DNA of 62,882 bases, counting the filler, from Lenisia limosa (taxonomy: Eukaryota > Protista > Breviatea): assembly GCA_001655205.1 (NCBI GenBank). It is 15 parts of 15 records of this genome, joined end to end, with 100 filler letters (N's around TTAATTAATTAA, not from the genome) between each part and the next. Parts side by side here need not be neighbours in the genome. Positions count along the whole stretch, not along the records: positions 58,345 to 62,882 come from LPNZ01011508.1; 14 more parts are not named here. One strand, given 5' to 3'. Of this stretch, positions 61,401-62,882 are shown one piece after another (the first letter of the stretch is position 1; every line of letters starts with the position of its first letter). A model generated the notes under the pieces. That model searched no databases and was not told where the DNA came from. It saw only the letters and a program-made list of their open reading frames with translations. The translations under genes and the position numbers were made by a program.

Positions 61401-62681
61401 CATTTTAGAACTCTGTACATATAGTAATAGGAAATGAAAAACAAGTTGTATCTGGCCGAAGCCGTCCACATCATCACGCTTACAAGAGATATTGGATTAT
61501 AGTATCTGGCCGAAGCCGTCCACAACATCATAACTCTGTATAGAAGTAGTAGTTTGTGTTTTAGTATTTGTTTTCGTAACATGTGAACTAGGAGGTCTTC
61601 AGTTTGGTTCGAAAAATTATCGATAAAGTATCGATAGTTTTTGAATATTTATCGAGAAATTCAGTCTTTTTTCAAACCAAAGTGAAGCCCTAATGCGAAC
61701 AGAGTATATGTAACCTGTGCTAAAGTAACTCTGTTTAGAAATAGTTGCGCTGATTTAAACTCTGTTTAGAAATAGTTGCGCTGATTTAAACTCTGGTTAG
61801 AAGTAGTTTGTTTTGTTTCCGTAACATGCAAACAGAGTATATGTAACCTATGCTCATCTATATTTAGTTTAGAAATAGTTGTGCTAATCTAACTCTGATT
61901 GGGTTGTGGTCCGTTAATCAGTCGGATTTTTAACATTTGCCTTATTTTTTAACGCCTTGTGAGGAAACAGTGCTCATCTTAACCCTGTCTAGAAATAGTG
62001 CTCATCTTAACCCTGTATAGAAACGGCAAGTCTTTGGTTGAGCTTTTGGCCTGGGAGTCCGATCAAGGAAGCAAGAAGTGGTCGAAGGGGCTGAGGAAGG
62101 TGTGTGTGTGTGTTTGAACAAGAAATAATATATCATATCATATCATATCATATCATATCATATAGTACTATAAATGTACATATTACACATTTTCCACTTT
62201 TGTTTTCGTTTATTCTCCCAGGAGGTCAAGTTGGAGAAGCACTCTGAAACTGCGCATATCGCCTCAATTCCACGCACTAATAGTCTCCAAGAGGACATGG
62301 ACAAACGTGGTGATATGTTGATGGTAGGGGGGCAGAGTTGGAACAATTATGAAACAACAAAAAGCCCAAAATCAACTCTTTTGGCTGACAACACACGAGG
62401 GTCGATAACAACAAAACAAACAAAGGGGGATATTTCATGCTTTCTTCCAATTTCTTCGCTTTTGCCCAATTTCTTCGCTTTTGCCCAATTTCTTCATTTC
62501 ACCAATTTCTTCATTTCACCAGTTCCTTCATTTTTTNNNNNNNNNNNNNNNNNNNNNNNNNNNNNNNNNNNNNNNNNNNNNNNNNNNNNNNNNNNNNNNN
62601 NNNNNNNNNNNNNNNNNNNNTCCCCGAAATAGCTCTCTCACGTCCATGTCTGAGATGTCCAATGATCGCGTAGGGGGATGA
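58449..62681 (+). CDS. Popeye-domain (POPDC/BVES-like) cyclic-nucleotide-binding protein, 5' truncated
   Basis: SLSILLEGEMLVS..LHTISQYEFLDSPEW (cf. RLSILLKGKMKVS..LHNIYPCAFIDSPEF), EFKISIRTTRPSSILTWQK (cf. KFQVTIIADDNCRFLCWSR), LVGADLSRKLMLFND (cf. IGKDITNKLYSLND); low-complexity tail exons to 62681 are less certain. Confidence 0.78.
58857..58935. mobile_element. Tc1/mariner-type MITE (family E), intact
   Basis: TA-CAGTGACCGGGATAAGTCTTG..CAAGACTTGTCCTCGTTACTG-TA. Confidence 0.85.
58971..59091 (+). mobile_element. Family B, near full length
   Basis: Near-identical to 24615-24734, including CTTCGGCCAGATACAACCTTTT end. Confidence 0.8.
59428..59518. mobile_element. hAT MITE A; half-copies also at 20796-20870, 21953-22000, 35460-35532, 60915-60960
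   Basis: TAGTGCTTCACTTCAGTTCGAAAAA..GAAATTCAGTCTTTTTGCGAACCGACCCTA. Confidence 0.8.
59690..59767 (-). repeat. Family C ending at a Popeye-gene acceptor
   Basis: GAGTTGATTTGGGCTTTTTTTGTTTCAAATTTTTCCAATTTTACTCCCCCCCCCTCAG. Confidence 0.85.
59903..59974. mobile_element. Tc1-type MITE E; partial copy also at ~58095-58140
   Basis: TA-CAGTGACCGGGATAAGTCTTG..GAGTTATCCAGGTCACTG. Confidence 0.8.
60985..61118 (-). repeat. Family C plus D head ending at a candidate acceptor
   Basis: GAAGCGACTGGCCTGGGC..TTTCATAAATTTTCC..ATTTCCTTCATTTCACGCCCCCAATAG. Confidence 0.75.
61240..61350. repeat. 18-bp tandem repeat TGGTTGTTAACTTTCA(A/T)A x ~5-6
   Basis: Direct inspection. Confidence 0.85.
61437..61540 (-). 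mobile_element. Family B with duplicated terminal hairpin
   Basis: AAAAACAAGTTGTATCTGGCCGAAGCCGTCCACA.. followed by a second TATCTGGCCGAAGCCGTCCACA at ~61503. Confidence 0.75.
61589..61692. mobile_element. hAT MITE A inserted in one unit of a local duplication
   Basis: TSD ATGTGAAC / ATGCGAAC; empty-site sibling GTAACATGCAAACAGAG at ~61821. Confidence 0.85.
61700..62020. repeat. Complex ~30-bp tandem repeats (AACTCTGTTTAGAAATAGTTGCGCTGATT)
   Basis: Direct inspection. Confidence 0.75.
62324..62430 (+). repeat. Family C in sense orientation starting at a donor site
   Basis: ATG|GTAGGGGGGCAGAGTTGGAACAATTATGAAACAACAAAAAGCCCAAAATCAACTC.. Confidence 0.75.
62440..62530. repeat. 19-bp tandem repeat TTTCTTC(GCTT/ATTT)..CCAA x ~4-5
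   Basis: Direct inspection. Confidence 0.75.
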
Positions 62682-62882
62682 TGAATGGTTAATAATTTAA
62701 AAATAATAATCACAGCCGAGTTTCACTATGTCCAAGCTATGGTATTTTGATATGATATTATTGAAGTATATTATACAAAATCTATTGGTTCAAAACCTTT
62801 TTAACACCCTGCCTATTCTTCTTATTGTCCTCATATTATGACAATATGATGATATTGGAGGAGTGTTTGGAGATAAGCAATG

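Noticed and set aside
61240-61424. CRISPR-like array or repeat-protein ORFs (also 11969-12128, 2712-2852)
   Set aside because: Head-to-tail minisatellites without unique spacers, in eukaryotic introns, with no cas genes.

Overview
Draft nuclear genome of an intron-rich, flagellated, anaerobic microbial eukaryote. It is not one locus: 14 identical artificial linkers (about N44-TTAATTAATTAA-N44) join 15 unrelated contigs, so neighbourhood only counts within a contig. Manual splicing (GT-AG, standard code) recovers: Nup133; a complete viperin (RSAD2); ZC3H15/Tma46; kintoun/PIH1; a beta-alpha ADP-forming acetyl-CoA synthetase; CCDC153/DRC12; an ACC-synthase-like aminotransferase; a DNAH6-like dynein; nicastrin; neurofibromin-like; an SLC38-type transporter; clathrin heavy chain; RPL37; an ML/NPC2 protein; a GltD/NfnB-like oxidoreductase fused to an [FeFe]-hydrogenase; and a Popeye-domain protein. 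Introns carry a hAT-type MITE (8-bp TSDs), a Tc1/mariner-type MITE (TA TSDs), a decayed pogo-like transposon and a Helentron/HINE-like hairpin repeat. The most unusual signal is an unclassified non-TIR repeat (family C/D) whose G/C-homopolymer end repeatedly abuts splice sites, alongside a general polarity of G-runs after donors and C-runs before acceptors. All protein identities come from remembered motif similarity, not database searches, and many repeat boundaries are approximate. The gene set is compatible with a breviate such as Lenisia (inference only).
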